Source: Podarcis melisellensis (Eukaryota). From it: 64,000 nt of DNA. Below, piece by piece: positions 13,912 to 27,278 of the stretch; position 1 is the first letter of the stretch; the number at the start of each line of letters is the position of its first letter. The position numbers and the translations under genes are program-made. The notes beneath the pieces are model-generated. The model was not told where the DNA came from and searched no databases. It was given only the letters and a program-made list of their open reading frames with translations. Where the stretch lies: the NCBI GenBank assembly GCA_964234715.1, contig OZ174286.1. One strand, written 5' to 3'.

Positions 13912-14396
13912 CTGCTTGCCAAATGGAAGCGCCAACATCTTCCTGATGAGTCTTCCTTGCCCCAGCAAATGCCAAAGCATCTTCCATGAACTGTATTTTC
14001 TTGCTGAACTGCATCTCTAAGATGGGGATGGCTTCCGGCATCTTTGCTGACAGCAGCCGATAGCTGATGTCTGGTTTCCCAATGAACCTCTGGCGGACGC
14101 TTATTTCATATGGTGTATGAACTTTGACATCGTCTACATCCTTCTTGTCAAACCAGTGAAGGAGCTGAGAGTTGGAATCGCTGATCTCCAGGCCAGAAGC
14201 CAGGAGGGCGAGTTTGCCTGGCTTGACGTTGGAATCTGTCCTTTCAGTGATAATAACTGGGATTCGCAATATTACTCCATCTTTGTTTCCAGAATCAGAA
14301 ACGGCAGGGATTTCCTTTGGCTTTACATTTAATGGCCCCTTCAAGAGTTTGCTACCAAATGGCCACCAAGCAGGAGATTCCAGTTCTGACAATAGC
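13912..14396 (-). CDS. SNAP47: SNAP47 coding exon 2
   Basis: LLSELESPAWWPFGSK...VHTPYEISVRQRFIGKPDISYRLLSAKMPEAIPILEMQFSKK...SIWQA. Acceptor tttcttcctgttag, donor G|gtaaag; 485 nt, phase fits both neighbours. Confidence 0.95.
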
Positions 14397-14627
14397 CTAA
14401 CAGGAAGAAACATACAGCATGATCAGAAACAGAAAGCTATATGGGCATCTCACACACTTTTCCTTGAAAAAGTGTGTTTCAGCAAAAGAAACAGAAACTG
14501 CCTAGCTGGATCTGACTAAGGTCCAGCTACTCTAGGTCCAGCATCAACCTGCAAGATTCTCCTAGAATACCCCACATGCAGGGCATGAAGGTGATGGCCA
14601 CTCGCTTTTTTGTCCACAGCACTTCTA

Positions 14628-14947
14628 CAGTGGTGCCCCGCAAGACGAACGCCTCGCAAGACGGAAAACCCGCTAGACGAAAGGGTTTTCCGTTTTGGAG
14701 GCGCTTTGCAAAACGAATTTCCCTATGGGCTTGCTTCGCAAGACGAAAATGTCTTTCGAGTTCCTGCGGGTTTTTTCCCCTTCCCCCCCCTTTTCCTAAG
14801 CCGCTAAGCCGCTTATCAGCTGATCCGCTGATAAGCCGCTTAACAGCTGATCGCTAAAAGCCGCTAAACCGCTAGTAGCGCTAATCCGCTAAGCTGTCAA
14901 TGGGCTTGCTTCGCAAGATGAAAAAAACACTATACGAGGCACCACTG
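14628..14947. mobile_element. Tc1/mariner-type MITE (family A)
   Basis: TA|CAGTGGTGCC...GGCACCACTG|TA; same ends as 26514-27278; internal (AAGCCGCT)-like repeats. Confidence 0.85.
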
Positions 14948-15864
14948 TATCATAGAGCTAATAGTTGCCCTCCTTCATTAGCATTTCTATTCCTTTTTTT
15001 AAAGACATTTAAGCTGCCATCCATCATCACATCTTTTGGTGGAGGATCTGTAAGATAAAGTAAGCTGAGAGAGCAACTTGCTCAAGGCCGCCCCGCCCCC
15101 CAATCCAACAAGCTTCACTGATGAACTAGGAGCCAAATCTCTATGAAGTCCAGCATTGGTTCTTAAAACAAAACCTTATTCTTCCAAGCACCTGTCCTTA
15201 AAACATACTTCCATCACAAAGAGCAGGCACAGGAAATTCAAGCACGTAGTGAAGAGAGAGCAATACTTGTGTATACACCTGGGCTTGCAGGCTACTAAGT
15301 CTACATCTACCACTGACTGAGACTGCAAACAGTTGCCTGGAAAAAGCTCTGGAATTGAAAATCAATCTGGAAGCAGGTTGTGCTTTAGGGCTGCAAACAT
15401 TAAGAGGCTGCATCTGTAACTATGCATTCCTAGTTGCACAACTCAAGAGAATCTCTCTTGGTTTGGCACTGTAAACCTAGTCATACAAAATACTGCCTTG
15501 GTTTTGGAATCTATCCTTACCATTTATTTTGGTAAGCATTTGTTAAGCATTACTGGAATATTCAAGTCCAGTCTAATGCGCCATTTCCCCTATGAGGTTG
15601 TTAATCATCATGTATATTGGAGGCCTGAAATCAAAGATCAGTATGTGAAATTCAGTTGGCAATCTTCCCCCTCTAATGCCCTGCCTAAATCAAAGAGCAC
15701 CAAACATTTTTGCCTGCCTGTTCTGTATAGTGGGGGTGGGGGGAATGCTATAGGGCCATGAGAAGGCTGCATCTCCTTTCGAGCTCTGAAAACTGCAGTT
15801 TGTTTTTAGTTAGCTTTTAGTCTATAGTCATTAGCCAGATTAAGCTTTTATATATTTAATCTTA

Positions 15865-16110
15865 CAGTGGTACCTTGGTACTTGAACGGCTTGGCTCCCG
15901 AACAAATCAGCTCCTGAACGCCGCTAACCCAGAAGTGTTCTGGTTTGAGAATGTTTTTCAGAAGCTGAATGTCTGACACAGCTTCTGCGGCTTCCAACTG
16001 AGTGCAGGAAGCTCCTGCAGCTAATTGGAAGCCGTGCCTTGGTTTTTGAACAGTTTAGGGGTCCAACAGACTCCCAAAATGGATTAAGTTTGAGAAGCAA
16101 GGTACCATTG
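15865..16110. mobile_element. Tc1/mariner-type MITE (family B)
   Basis: TA|CAGTGGTACCTTG...CAAGGTACCATTG|TA; related to 50239-50589 and the partial copy at about 49342-49492. Confidence 0.8.
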
Positions 16111-18178
16111 TATTATAATATTTCTTGGGAGGTTTTGAAGCTTTCAAGGATGACTGGTAAAATCGAACAGCTCTGTGAGCAAGTGAAGATATCCTCCTCT
16201 GACTTGGAGAGGCGAGCAACACCAATCAGTAACAACACCTAATTTTCTGAGTTGCTTTAACATTCGTATCTGAGTTCTGTATGGTTTCCCAGGATTCTTT
16301 GTGAGGTTTTCCCTTTTCCCACATCTAATCTCTCACCCTTCCTTTCGTCTTTCCCTCAACTCTCCTTGTTCTGGGCCTTCTTCCTATCCAGTTTTTCAGC
16401 TCTGTTTCCCTACCTCTCTCCCTGCCAAACAGCAACTGTTGTCCTTAGGCCTCGGGACAAGTTTTCTCCCAAGCTAACTTTTATGACACATGCCTCTTGG
16501 GAATACCTTTACTGTGAGAAGTTGGAATGTTTATGAATGCTCCATGACATCACAGGTACTCAGCCAACTGGGGATGGGAGGGTCTATTCACAACAACCCT
16601 TGAATGTTCTTGTTATTCTCATTTTACACATGGTGAACCACAGCTAAGAATTATTTGTCAAAAGCCCAAGTTACATCATATTCTAGCAAATGTTCCTGTT
16701 TGGAAACTGGTGAGTCAGGCAGCAATTCTGAAGAAGGAAGCTAGCCAAGAAGGTTGAAACCGAGAATTTCTTTAATCTTGAATAATCCAAATTAAACCTG
16801 TAGAACCACAGTTAACCTCAAATCAAAATTAAATTAATTAATTTGGAGATTGGAGATTGCTCAAGAACACAAGGAAATAAAGGTGCAATCACTGTAAAAC
16901 ATATTCAGCTTCCACTTGACGGAAAATGCCAGTTGTTTCCGATTTCAAAAGCCAATTAAAAATCTCACCAGGGGGAGAACTTTTTTTAAAAACCCAGAAA
17001 GGTAGGAAGTCAATTCAGTGGGTAGATCTTCTGTGTCTAACAAAATAGTTCTCAAACTACTACCAAAGAAATGCATCAACAGAATTCTGCTTTTGTTATA
17101 GATATGTCTGCAAGTATTAGTTTCTCGGACTCAGAAAACCTTTCCTTGCGTCCTCCCAGTCTGGCAACAGACTCAGAATGGCCCCTTGTGGTATGATTGT
17201 GGAATTACTCCTGAAAGGTTACTCAGCTTCCACTTCACTGAGGTAACACACAAACTATTTTCCGATTGGCCCCTTTGCACGACATCATCCAGGTGAGACT
17301 CTGGCCTGTTACGAATACCTATCCTTCCTCTGGGAGCTAACATCATCCAGTGAAAGCATTTTGAATCTGGCCAGTCCTTTGGTTCGTCTGCCAACCCAGC
17401 CACCGACTCCTGAAATGGGCAAGTAACTTCTTTCTTCACTGTTAAGATTTTATTCCTTTAAATTAAAAACAGAATGCCTAGTTCCACAGGCACAATGGAG
17501 CTGTGAGCTTGTTTCTCCAATAATACCTTACCTACACCATGTGGCAAATTGCTTTTGAAACCAAGAGGGGGTGGGGGACACAATGAGAAACAAAAGCAAA
17601 AAAAATCAAAGTGTTTGTATAAGATCTAAAAAAGTGAGCCTAAAATAGTTTTCATTACGGGCCAAGCTGATAAGTTGGCTCTCTCTTGTCTGGTTATGTA
17701 CATATTCAGCTATGTTTTCCAAAACTTTGCAACCAACCAAACCAGGAATTTGTATTTTTTTTATTTTTTTAAAAGTTTAACTGTGGGCCTGCTGGATCAC
17801 ACAAAGGGATAGTACAGACTACCATATCTTAACCTAACAAGCAGAGATACGAATTAAACTTTGCCTGTGCACAAAACCCATTCACATGAGCCATGATTTA
17901 ATAAGGAAGTCTCTAATAAACCATAGTTTCCTACTTTGTTAAAATAAAGAAATTGTGGTTATCAGCTTTGGAACAAGCCAGGATATTCAGTCACATTCAA
18001 TCCACGGTTTACTATTCTGACTTTTTCTGAAGCTGTTAACCACTGTTTCCTGTTCTGGACAAACAGAGAACTATGGCTAATTGAAGACTTTCTGGTTTGT
18101 TTCCTCACAAAAGGAAGGCAAAGGACTTGAGTGTGCAAGTAAAAGAATCATTCCCGTGTCAGTTGTGTGTTACCATAC

Positions 18179-18675
18179 CTGTCTGCTACATCCATCTCTG
18201 ACTCAATCTTGTCCAGCCCCTTCATGATGTTATCAAACTGTTCCCCCTGGTGCTCAAGCACCTTTGCAGTGTCTTCTAGCCGTTTCTGAGATCCCGCCAG
18301 CAAGCCAGTCAGCTCTTGTCCCTTGGATGTTTGGGAGCAAATGGCCCCGGCTGCAGCCCCCTCGGAGGAGAGCAGCTGTTCCCTCCAAAAGTGCTCAAGG
18401 ATATTGAAAACAACATTTCGGTTGGGCTGAAGGGAACTGAACCAGTGCTTGGTGCTCTTTTCCAAAATAGTGAGGGAACTGAAAATGAAGTTGGAAGATT
18501 CCTTCTTGATCTCACTGATGCCAGAGAGATGGAAGTCAGCCAGGAGCTCTCCAGATTTGTCAGCTGTAAATCTGACCGAAATGGGTGTCAGGCAGAGTTT
18601 GCCAGAAATCCATCGTTTCTCAGAGTTGATGTAATAGGAGCAGGGCCACGTGTGGATACGAATGACCTCATTCAT
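18179..18675 (-). CDS. SNAP47: SNAP47 coding exon 1 (start codon; N-terminal PH-like region and first SNARE motif)
   Basis: Translates MNEVIRIHTWPCSYY...KHWFSSLQPNRNVVFNILEHFW...LEHQGEQFDNIMKGLDKIESEMDVADR, which I recognise as SNAP47. Acceptor ttgtttag with exon start at 18725 (5'UTR part 18725-18676); donor AG|gtatgg at 18178. Confidence 0.95.
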
Positions 18676-21629
18676 CACCTTTTTGCTTGTGTCTTCTTCC
18701 TCAAGGCAAATGGAACAATCAATTTCTAAACAAGGAGCAAACAAATGATGTAATTCACGATTCACAACAAAATGACATTTTGACCATTCTATCATCTGTT
18801 TTACTGTAAAAAAACTTGCTGTGAAATTATTCCCCTGCTTCCCTAATTTTTGGGTTTGGACTGAAACATACAATCCAAGACTGGATTGAAATTTCAACCG
18901 ACTAATCCCAATTCTGAACCCATTAATACCAAATCTGAACAAGGACCAATTGCAATATGCAGTCTCTCAGATGAACTCAGAAACTAGCATTTCTCAATTA
19001 TGAACTGTAATAGGTTGATATTTTGGTATGTAAGCATGGTGTTATTTATATGAGAAGATGCCTTATTTGAAGTAAAACTATTGGTCTACATAGCCCAATG
19101 ACTGGCAGTAGCTCTTCAAAGCCCCAGTGAGACATTAATTTCCCAGAACTACTACCAGAGAACTTTTTAACAACTGATGCCAGAGAGTAAGCCTGAGACC
19201 TTTTGTAAAATGCTCTATTGATAAAAAAGAGAAAGATGGTATTTTTGAGAGACGAGAGTTGTGATTATAATAGAACCTATAAATATCTTGGCACAGCTAC
19301 CAAGTGACATTTACCTTTTCCATGCTGCGTAGTAGGAAGCAATTAGGGAGGCACCCATATAGACAAAGGCTACTGGTTTTCTTCCCAAGCTATGTGGTAA
19401 TAACTGTAGTAATTATGTCACACCTGAGTTGATTACATGCACAGACATCCATTCTATTACTCAGTGACCGTATCTGATAAAGGGTGTCAGTTCTGCATTT
19501 ATCTACTTAGCATGTGAAAAGCAAAGCAAAGCAAAGTGTGTTCACTGCTGTACTTGGTTGTCAAAATTTGGACAGCCCCAATTCTTAATATAAATTTGAT
19601 GTGCTGATAAAGCACACCAGTAATCAGAACTGCAACACTCCCCTCTGCTATCTGAGTCATAGAATGAAATCCAAACCAGAAAATAACTCTGTGCTCCCAG
19701 ACACTAACCCAAGGTCTTTTATTCCCCCTCTCTTGCACCTGAAAAAACCCTGCTAGGGCTATATCACAGGTAACAAGGATGCTGTTGTATCAGTGACTCC
19801 AGGGGCCAGGGAAGAAAGGAGAGAGGTGCTTAGAGAGAATAAGATATAATCTGAAACCTCCATACTGCTGAAGCATCAGCAACTGAAGCATCTGGAATTT
19901 GGGGTGCTCATAGGGGAGTTGGAGGTTCTGAATCCTGGAGATGCAGAGAGGGATTTCACATAATCATAGAATTGTAGAGTTGGAAGGGTCCACCGGGGTC
20001 AACTAGTCCAACTCCCTGCAAAGCAGGAATCTGAGTCTCATGCTCTACTGACTGAGCTAGTGCCTCGGTGAAAGAGATTCAGACTCCTTTGCACATCAAC
20101 TGTTGCCATTTGGAATACAATGGGGCTCAATTTAGCCCAAGAATTAACCAATCTAGTAATCTTATTTTTGAGGATAGTAGTTCAGTTTGCTGAGCCCGGT
20201 TCTTAACTGAACCAAAGAGACCTTGCTCATCACTACACTTATGGTGTCTATTAACATTAAAAATAAATAAATAATTTAGTGATTTATTTCTGATGCTTAT
20301 AATCACAAACAGCCCCACATGGATGCACAAATAATTCTGACCACAAACTGTAATGAAGCCTAATATGAACACACACACCAAAATTTTCTCTAAAAACATA
20401 AATAATTCTCCCACATCTGTAGTGCGTCAAGAGGACCTGATGTAAAGTCCTTCTAAGTACAGGCAACACAATGCTTTGCGTTAAACCCAAAAACATGACA
20501 AAAAGGGGCAGAATTGGGTGCTTGCAGACTTTTTCAATGGTGTTTCAAATATATGTGATTTCACTTAAACACACGGTGCCTTGGAACATAATAAAAATAT
20601 TAACGAAACCTACGTAAATGGGGCGTTGCCTGTAAATAGATGATTTAGTCTAAACAGCCATATCAATAGGCATCAGACAATATAAGCAAGACCCAGAGAA
20701 GGGAATGAGTAGTGCTACAACCTTCTTTCTGCTATAGATACAGGAGGATGGCAGACCATTATATGGCATTGCCTGGTGGGTTATATTATAACCCACAAAG
20801 AGATCAAAACCTAACATTAGTTGCAGGATGCCATCTCCTGAGAAAATCAAGAGAGAACTGCTAAAAAAACAACTCAGAAAGACAAAAATTGGCAGAGAAC
20901 AGAATGAGATCCTATAGGATCAAGGCAACAGAACGATGCCATGTGGCACACTCTTTTAAGACAAAATATATTTTCCACAATATTTCTTTTCCAGTAAAGC
21001 ATGTCTGGCACTAACTACTACCATTTCAGCACTAGATAAGAATGTTTTTATCCTCCTAGGCATACAGGCAGCTTTAATAGTAGTGTTGTAATCTTGGCTT
21101 TAGGGTGTGTTTTGAGTAATACTGATATTGTGAATTGTTTAATGTTTTATTGTATTAAATGCACTGTACTGTAAATCACTTTGTGACTTTTAGTATGAAG
21201 CAATATACAAATCTAATAAATCAAAACAATATTTTATTGTGTGTTCGCTTCTCTTGCTTTTACTTGCCTTGTTCTGGTGCCAACACTCATTATTAAGCAG
21301 AATGTAGGCTAGTACGATGTACACAAGTTTTAGAGGGTTAGCTGAGTTAGTGTGTTGCATAAATACAAGTGTTGTGGCACCATAAAGACTAATAGTTTAA
21401 TTATGGGATAGGCTTTCGCAGACTAGTCTGCTTCATCAGATGAAGCACTATCCTGACCTTTAGTAGAATGGAGTAAAACACTGGAGATAAATTAAAAGCA
21501 AATCTCATGTCTCAAATGAATGCTAAATGGTGGGCCTTAGGTCTAGAAAAGCTGGCAGCAGTTGCTTTATACCTTAAGTAACATACAAGGGTAGTTGAAA
21601 AATATTTTAACTGACATGAAATAGATCAG

Positions 21630-21990
21630 ATCAAGCCTGTGTAGCTTAGCATTCTGTTGACAACACTGGCCAGCCAAATGCCTTTGGGAGGCTAAAACCT
21701 ACAAAACATGCCATGAAGGCAACAACCCTCTCCCCCGCCCCATATTTTGTGTTCAACAGTAATGTGCCTCCACATGTGAAGGTTCCTTTTAGCCAGCGTG
21801 GCTAACAGGCACTGAGAAATCTCTTCTTTGTGAATTTGTTGAATCGCCATCTAAATCTAAGCCAGTGGCCATCTCCTCTTATGGAAGCAAGTTCTATAAA
21901 TTGACTATGTGCCGTGTTACATGAAAAAGTATTTCCTTTCATCTGTCCTGAATCGCCTGCCAATTTCAGTAGATCATTCCAAGCTCTAGT
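21630..21990 (-). mobile_element. Old degenerate CR1-like LINE fragment
   Basis: Decayed CR1 3' motifs (AAGTTCTATAAATTGACTATGTGCCGTG...AAGTATTTCCTTTCATCTGTCCTGAATC). Edges approximate. Confidence 0.45.
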
Positions 21991-24360
21991 ATTATGAGAC
22001 ATAGGGGTAAAAAGTGCCTGTCCATTATGGAAAGTCCACTGTATTCTTTCTCCCACATGAAGATTCACAGTAAGTCAAGGCTAATAACTGGGGCTCTTCA
22101 GGCAATTATGTTATTATATCTGCAATTTGTTAGCCACTGCCTAGCCTAATAAACAATTTCAAGGCCTTGCTTGTTGCCAGACACTGAATAATTATGTCAT
22201 GAATAATAGTCTATTATAAGCTTTTGATTGATCATTATGAAAGGCTACATGTCACTGCAATTTACATGCTGTGCTCAATGAAGATCTAAAATGACATTTA
22301 TGTTTCATATGGTGCCCATTAATTTAATCTACACAAGTTTGCACAGTGCAAGCTATTATCTGAGTTGCCAATATGAAAAAGAAAATCTTCCTGTTGTATT
22401 CTTTTATTGCAGTTCGATGCCACTGATCCAACTATGGCTTACAATGTTAAATCCCCTTGGTGTATTACAGTTAAAACCAAACCAAACCAAACTGTGGACT
22501 TGCACACAACTGAGTGTAAAATAGTCTCTTTTTCTATTTTGTATATCAATTAATATTTTCGGCTGGGACTAACGGGTGGGACAGTATGGTCAAGGGCATT
22601 TTGACATTATATGTAATATAAAAATGTCTTAAGTGTTGTTGCTATCATTTGATAAGAAAGGCTATTGCCATTGTTAACCTCCATTAGAGGCAGGTCCACC
22701 CTCTGGTAACCTTTAAGTACTTTGTGACCTACAGGGGTGTTGGTCTTTGCAAATGAATCAAAGTTGTTCAGAAGAAGGAAAAACATTTTGATGATGTATG
22801 CACATCTCAGAAGAGGCAACATTTCAGAAGAGACATTCCTTGGAGGAGGTATGGGAGAGCAGAGGAAAGCTTATTTTAAGATGCTTTGATTTAAAAAGAA
22901 GTAAATAGAACATAAACTATTCAAAACAATGCAAAAGTCACAACAGCATTTTGCGGAATAGACAGCAAGCTATTTCTTCAAGGATCATCAGCTTCATGGC
23001 ATGTTCCATGATATCTGATCGCCTATTATTTGACCATCATGCCGATTCTAGAGGCAAGGTTTTCAGGGGGTTTAATGAACTATTTTAACCGGAAGCACCT
23101 AAACATAATCCATTAACAAAACCCTGATGCCCTAGTCACAAAACAATCCTGAGAACCCCAAGCAGAAAATAATACTTAAGTAAATGAAAAGGTATAATGA
23201 CTGCCTGTAATTATTACATAAAACATAGCACAAAATTCTGGAAGAGAAATCTAGTCTTCAATAAACAAGACTATATAATTCTTACACAGAGAACCTGTTC
23301 AAATAATGTCAGTCCTGGAGACATCGAAACATACACAGGAGACTAGTTCACGTACGTATTATTCTTTCCCAGAATGAACACAAAAAAGAATGAATGGTCC
23401 ATCACACATAATTGCCAACAGAGGTTCCAGCAAATGTAGTCTTTTTCAATAGCCAATTCATATTTGGTTTACAGTTGTCATTAGAGAAATCAAGTGCTCA
23501 AAAAACAATATACATGTGTCTCCAGCCCAACAATCATAGCCATTTTGCCTTCTATAAACAGTGTTTCATGCTGTTATGGTTTACAAGCGCACACACAAAT
23601 TACTTTGCAAGATATGTTTCCATACATATGTTACTATGTTGTTCCTAACGTTACCTTCTCTGGATGTTGATTCAGACAACCATTTTAAGGCTGTCATCCC
23701 TGAAATTTTCACGTCCCTGAGTTTTCTTTTGATTTCAGAGTCAAACAAAAATTGAACAATCTCTTAGAAGCAGATACTTGCTAGCCTTCCAGTAACACAA
23801 GGAAATTAAGAGTCTCTGGAGAATACTGGATATTATATACTCTTGGCTCTCATGAGTCACTGTTCATCTGTGAGCCAGTTACCATTTGACTAGTCATGTT
23901 TTCATATTGCAGAACCTAGTATACTATTACTATCCCAGGTATCACATGCAGACCGCACTACAGCTGATCACTCATGCAAAGTGATCTTAAAGGTGTCAGG
24001 TGAGCCATGCCAGATGAGAAATCCTAAATGCCATTACTCTATGTCTCAGAGGAGGACATTGGGACTACCCTAAGCAGATGGCTTAAACAGGAAAGTTACA
24101 CCAAAAGAAACAAAAAATGCATTGCATTCAAACTGAGACACTGCTAACAGAGATTCTCTGGAGGTTCCATGGAAACATCCCTGAGCAGAACAGGGTTTTT
24201 AAAGAATGCCAGACGTGAAGCTCTATTTTTCATGTTTTCACCCAATTAACTGCAAGAGGTGCTCACAAAGGAAGTAGCCATAGAATCTCTTGTCATCAGT
24301 ATCTCAGCATTAATGAGTTACAAGTTTGTTTTACAAAACTAAAGCCTGCCTTATATATTA

Positions 24361-24602
24361 CAGTGGTACCTCGGGTTAAGTACTTAATTCGTTCCGGTGG
24401 TCTGTGATTAACCTGAAACTGTTCTTAACCTGAAGCACCACTTTAGCTAATGGGGCCTCCTGCGGCCGCCGTGCCGCTGGAGCACGATTTCTGTTCTCGT
24501 CCTGAAGCAAAGTTCTTAACCCGAGGTACTATTTCTGGGATAGCGGAGTCTGTAACCTGAAGCGTCTGTAACCTGAAGTGTATGTAACCCGAGGTACCAC
24601 TG
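24361..24602. mobile_element. Tc1/mariner-type MITE (family C)
   Basis: TA|CAGTGGTACCTCGGGTT...AACCCGAGGTACCACTG|TA with internal (AACCTGAAG) repeats. Same family at 40250-40719, 50646-50869 and 61341-61547. Confidence 0.88.
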
Positions 24603-25294
24603 TATACACAAAGATACGTAACAGCAGCCCAACAACCCATTTAATTCCAGGAATGCTGCTTCCAATGGGAACTGGGAAGCAGTAATAGCTATGTGGGCTA
24701 TCAATCTACTATTATATGCATCGGCATATAGGTAAGGACCATTTTGCATGTGTTAAAAGCACATAAGCATCACTGCAAACCAGGAAGTGGCAGTAAAAGG
24801 GGGCATGGTTATATGCACTCCACTACCACGGGTGATGACCCAGAATGCAACCCCTGTGCAAATCGTGGATTGCCTGTATAATGTATAGCTTGGTCATAAT
24901 TATTACCCACCCAACTCCTGGTTTTCTAAGAATCGGTGCCTTTCAATTTAGAATAAAAGAATGCCAGAGGAGCAGCCCTGCTAGGCCTGCTGTGGAAAAA
25001 CAAGAGGCCGGGACCCAACTGAAGGTTTAGACGTTTGTTGTAACATGTGTTTCTATACCTGCATCATATTGTGTGTCATCATTTTGTGTGTCTACAAAAA
25101 TCATGTTGCAATAAATTTGAGATAACAGAGAACTGTTCGTCATGTAGGCCTAAATGGATAGTTCCAAATCATTCAGTTCCATAGTAGTCAGGCGGCCATA
25201 TCTTTTCAATGAACAATTACTGAAAAGCCCCTGCCACTTTAGAGCTCACATATTCCTGGGGTATTATTTGTTTGTTTGTTTGTTTGTTTGTCAG

Positions 25295-25735
25295 GTCACA
25301 GAACAGATCCAGGCACTCTTGGAGGAAACAGAAATTCTAGATCCATTTCAAACAGGGGTTAGGCCGTTTTGGCACAGAAACTGCATTGCTGGCCTCGCAT
25401 GATGACCTATGTTGGAGGAGAGACAGGGGAAATGTGTCCGTGTTAATTCTCATTGACCCTTAGTGGTTTTTTTATACCATTGACCATGGTATTCTTCTGG
25501 AGTGACTGTCCAAGTAGGGGTGAGTGGCACCGCTTTGCAGTGGTTCCAGTCCTACATGGATGGTTGTTTCCAGAGGGTGATACTTGGGGAGTGCCAATAA
25601 TAATAATAATAATAATTTATACCCCACCCATCTAGTTGAGTTTCCCCAGCCACTCTGGACAGCTTCCAGCAGAATATTAAAATACAATGATACCCTTCAA
25701 CGCAGGGTTCCTCAGGGTTCAATTTTATTTCTGCT
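25295..25735 (+). mobile_element. Degenerate L2 RT fragment, interrupted by an antisense L2 3' end (about 25597-25690)
   Basis: Decayed LDPFQ.G.RP, TIDHGILL and VPQGSIL motifs. The inserted (AAT)n...CCCCAGCCACTCTGG segment matches the L2 tails elsewhere in the window. Confidence 0.65.
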
Positions 25736-26513
25736 TCAGCACGTTAGCAGTTCTGACCTACCTTAGAAGTTTGATACAAACACGCAATAATAAATGTGAT
25801 TCACTTTTTTCTAAGAAATAATGTTATTATTAGATTCAAAGCACTAGACAATGTTTACCAGGTACAGTGTTATCCATACTCCGTTGTTTACTGTTAAGCA
25901 GTCTTCACCAACCTGATGCCCTCCAGATGTTTTAGACTATAACTTCGATCAGCTGTTCTGGCTAGGGCTTATGGGAGTTGCAGTGAAAACACCTGCAGGT
26001 TCTCCAGTTGGTGAAAGCTGCTATAAAGCAGTAATGCTTCACCCTCAAGAAATGGGGAAGAAAACAGGGAAATAAACATTCCCCTCCAGGGAAGTAAACA
26101 CTTAATCATCACAATCCACACATTCATTTCTTCTTATATGCATAAAAATGTAAGACTGTCATCATACAGCCCCCATTGGATGATTTGTCATGCCGAATCA
26201 CAAACCTGGATTTGCATGAAGAAAAACCCATAAGGTCAAGAAAAGTAAGTTGAGTGGTTGCACAGGGTGGGAAGGGGAAGCTCAAGGGAATTAATGTGAG
26301 GGGAAATAGCAGGGGATTGGCAAGTGGAGTGAGCAGGGGCACATTTCTAACCAACCTTCATTATTACCAATCCTAGGGTGAGTGACAGCATAAAAAGATC
26401 ACATGAAAATACCGCTAAGCCACAGTGGATAAAACACATCACTAAAACACCATATTAAAACAATTATTACTAAATATGCTGTTGTATAGTGGAAATGCCT
26501 GGGCAAATAAGTA

Positions 26514-27278
26514 CAGTGGTGCCCCGCAAGACGAATGCCTCGCAAGATGAAAAACCCGCAAGACGAAAGGGTTTTTCGGTTTTTGCGACGCTTCGCTAGA
26601 CGATTTTCCCTATGGGCTTGCATCGCAAGACGAAAGCCCATAGGGAAATCTCGGGGACCTTTTTTTAAATGCTGGCGGTGGGGAGCAAAGCCTTTTCCCC
26701 CCCTCCGGACTTCAGAAGAGGTCCAGGAAGGCCGGCGGGGGCGAAAGGCTTTGCTCCCCACCGCCAGCATTTAAAAAGCGGTCCGGGATAGCAGGGAAGC
26801 GCTTCCCGCTATCCCGGACGGCTTTTGAAGGCAGGCGGGGGGAGCAAAGACTGGGGCAGGCGGAAGACTGGGGCTTTTAAAATGCTGGCGGGCGGCAGCG
26901 AAGCCTTCGCTGCCGCCCGCCAGCATTTTAAGATCGCCCCGACAGCGGAAAAGTCTTCTGCTGTCCGTGGGCAATCTTAAAATGCTGGCGGGCGGCAGCG
27001 AAAGCTTCGCTGCCGCCCGCCAGCATTTTAAAAGCCCCTGGGACTGTCCCGGGAAGGCAGGCGGGGGGGAAGCAAAGACTTTCGCCCCCGCCAGCCTTCA
27101 GAAGAGGTCGGGGGACAGACTGTCACCAGACCTGGTCTGAAGGCGGTTCGGTTTCCATAGGAACGCATTAATTGATTTTTAATGCATTCCTATGGGAAAC
27201 CGTGCTTCGCAAGACGAAAAACTCGCAAGACGAAAAGACTTGCGGAACGAATTAATTTCGTCTTGCGAGGCACCACTG
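26514..27278. mobile_element. Tc1/mariner-type MITE (family A, long form with internal hairpins)
   Basis: TA|CAGTGGTGCCCCGCAAGACGAA...TTCGTCTTGCGAGGCACCACTG|TA. Confidence 0.9.

Noticed and set aside
17173-17439. 88-aa minus-strand ORF in a SNAP47 intron as a possible extra exon
   Set aside because: The flanking exons already join in phase to give a normal-length SNAP47; no recognisable homology and no clear donor.
18676-18942. N-terminal extension of the 264-aa SNAP47 ORF in the ORF track
   Set aside because: It starts at a TTG and crosses a clear acceptor at 18726-18727, so most of it is intron; the recognisable protein begins at ATG 18675.
21370-21450. Possible Penelope-like fragment (also about 43710-43780)
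   Set aside because: Too short and degenerate to call without a library search.
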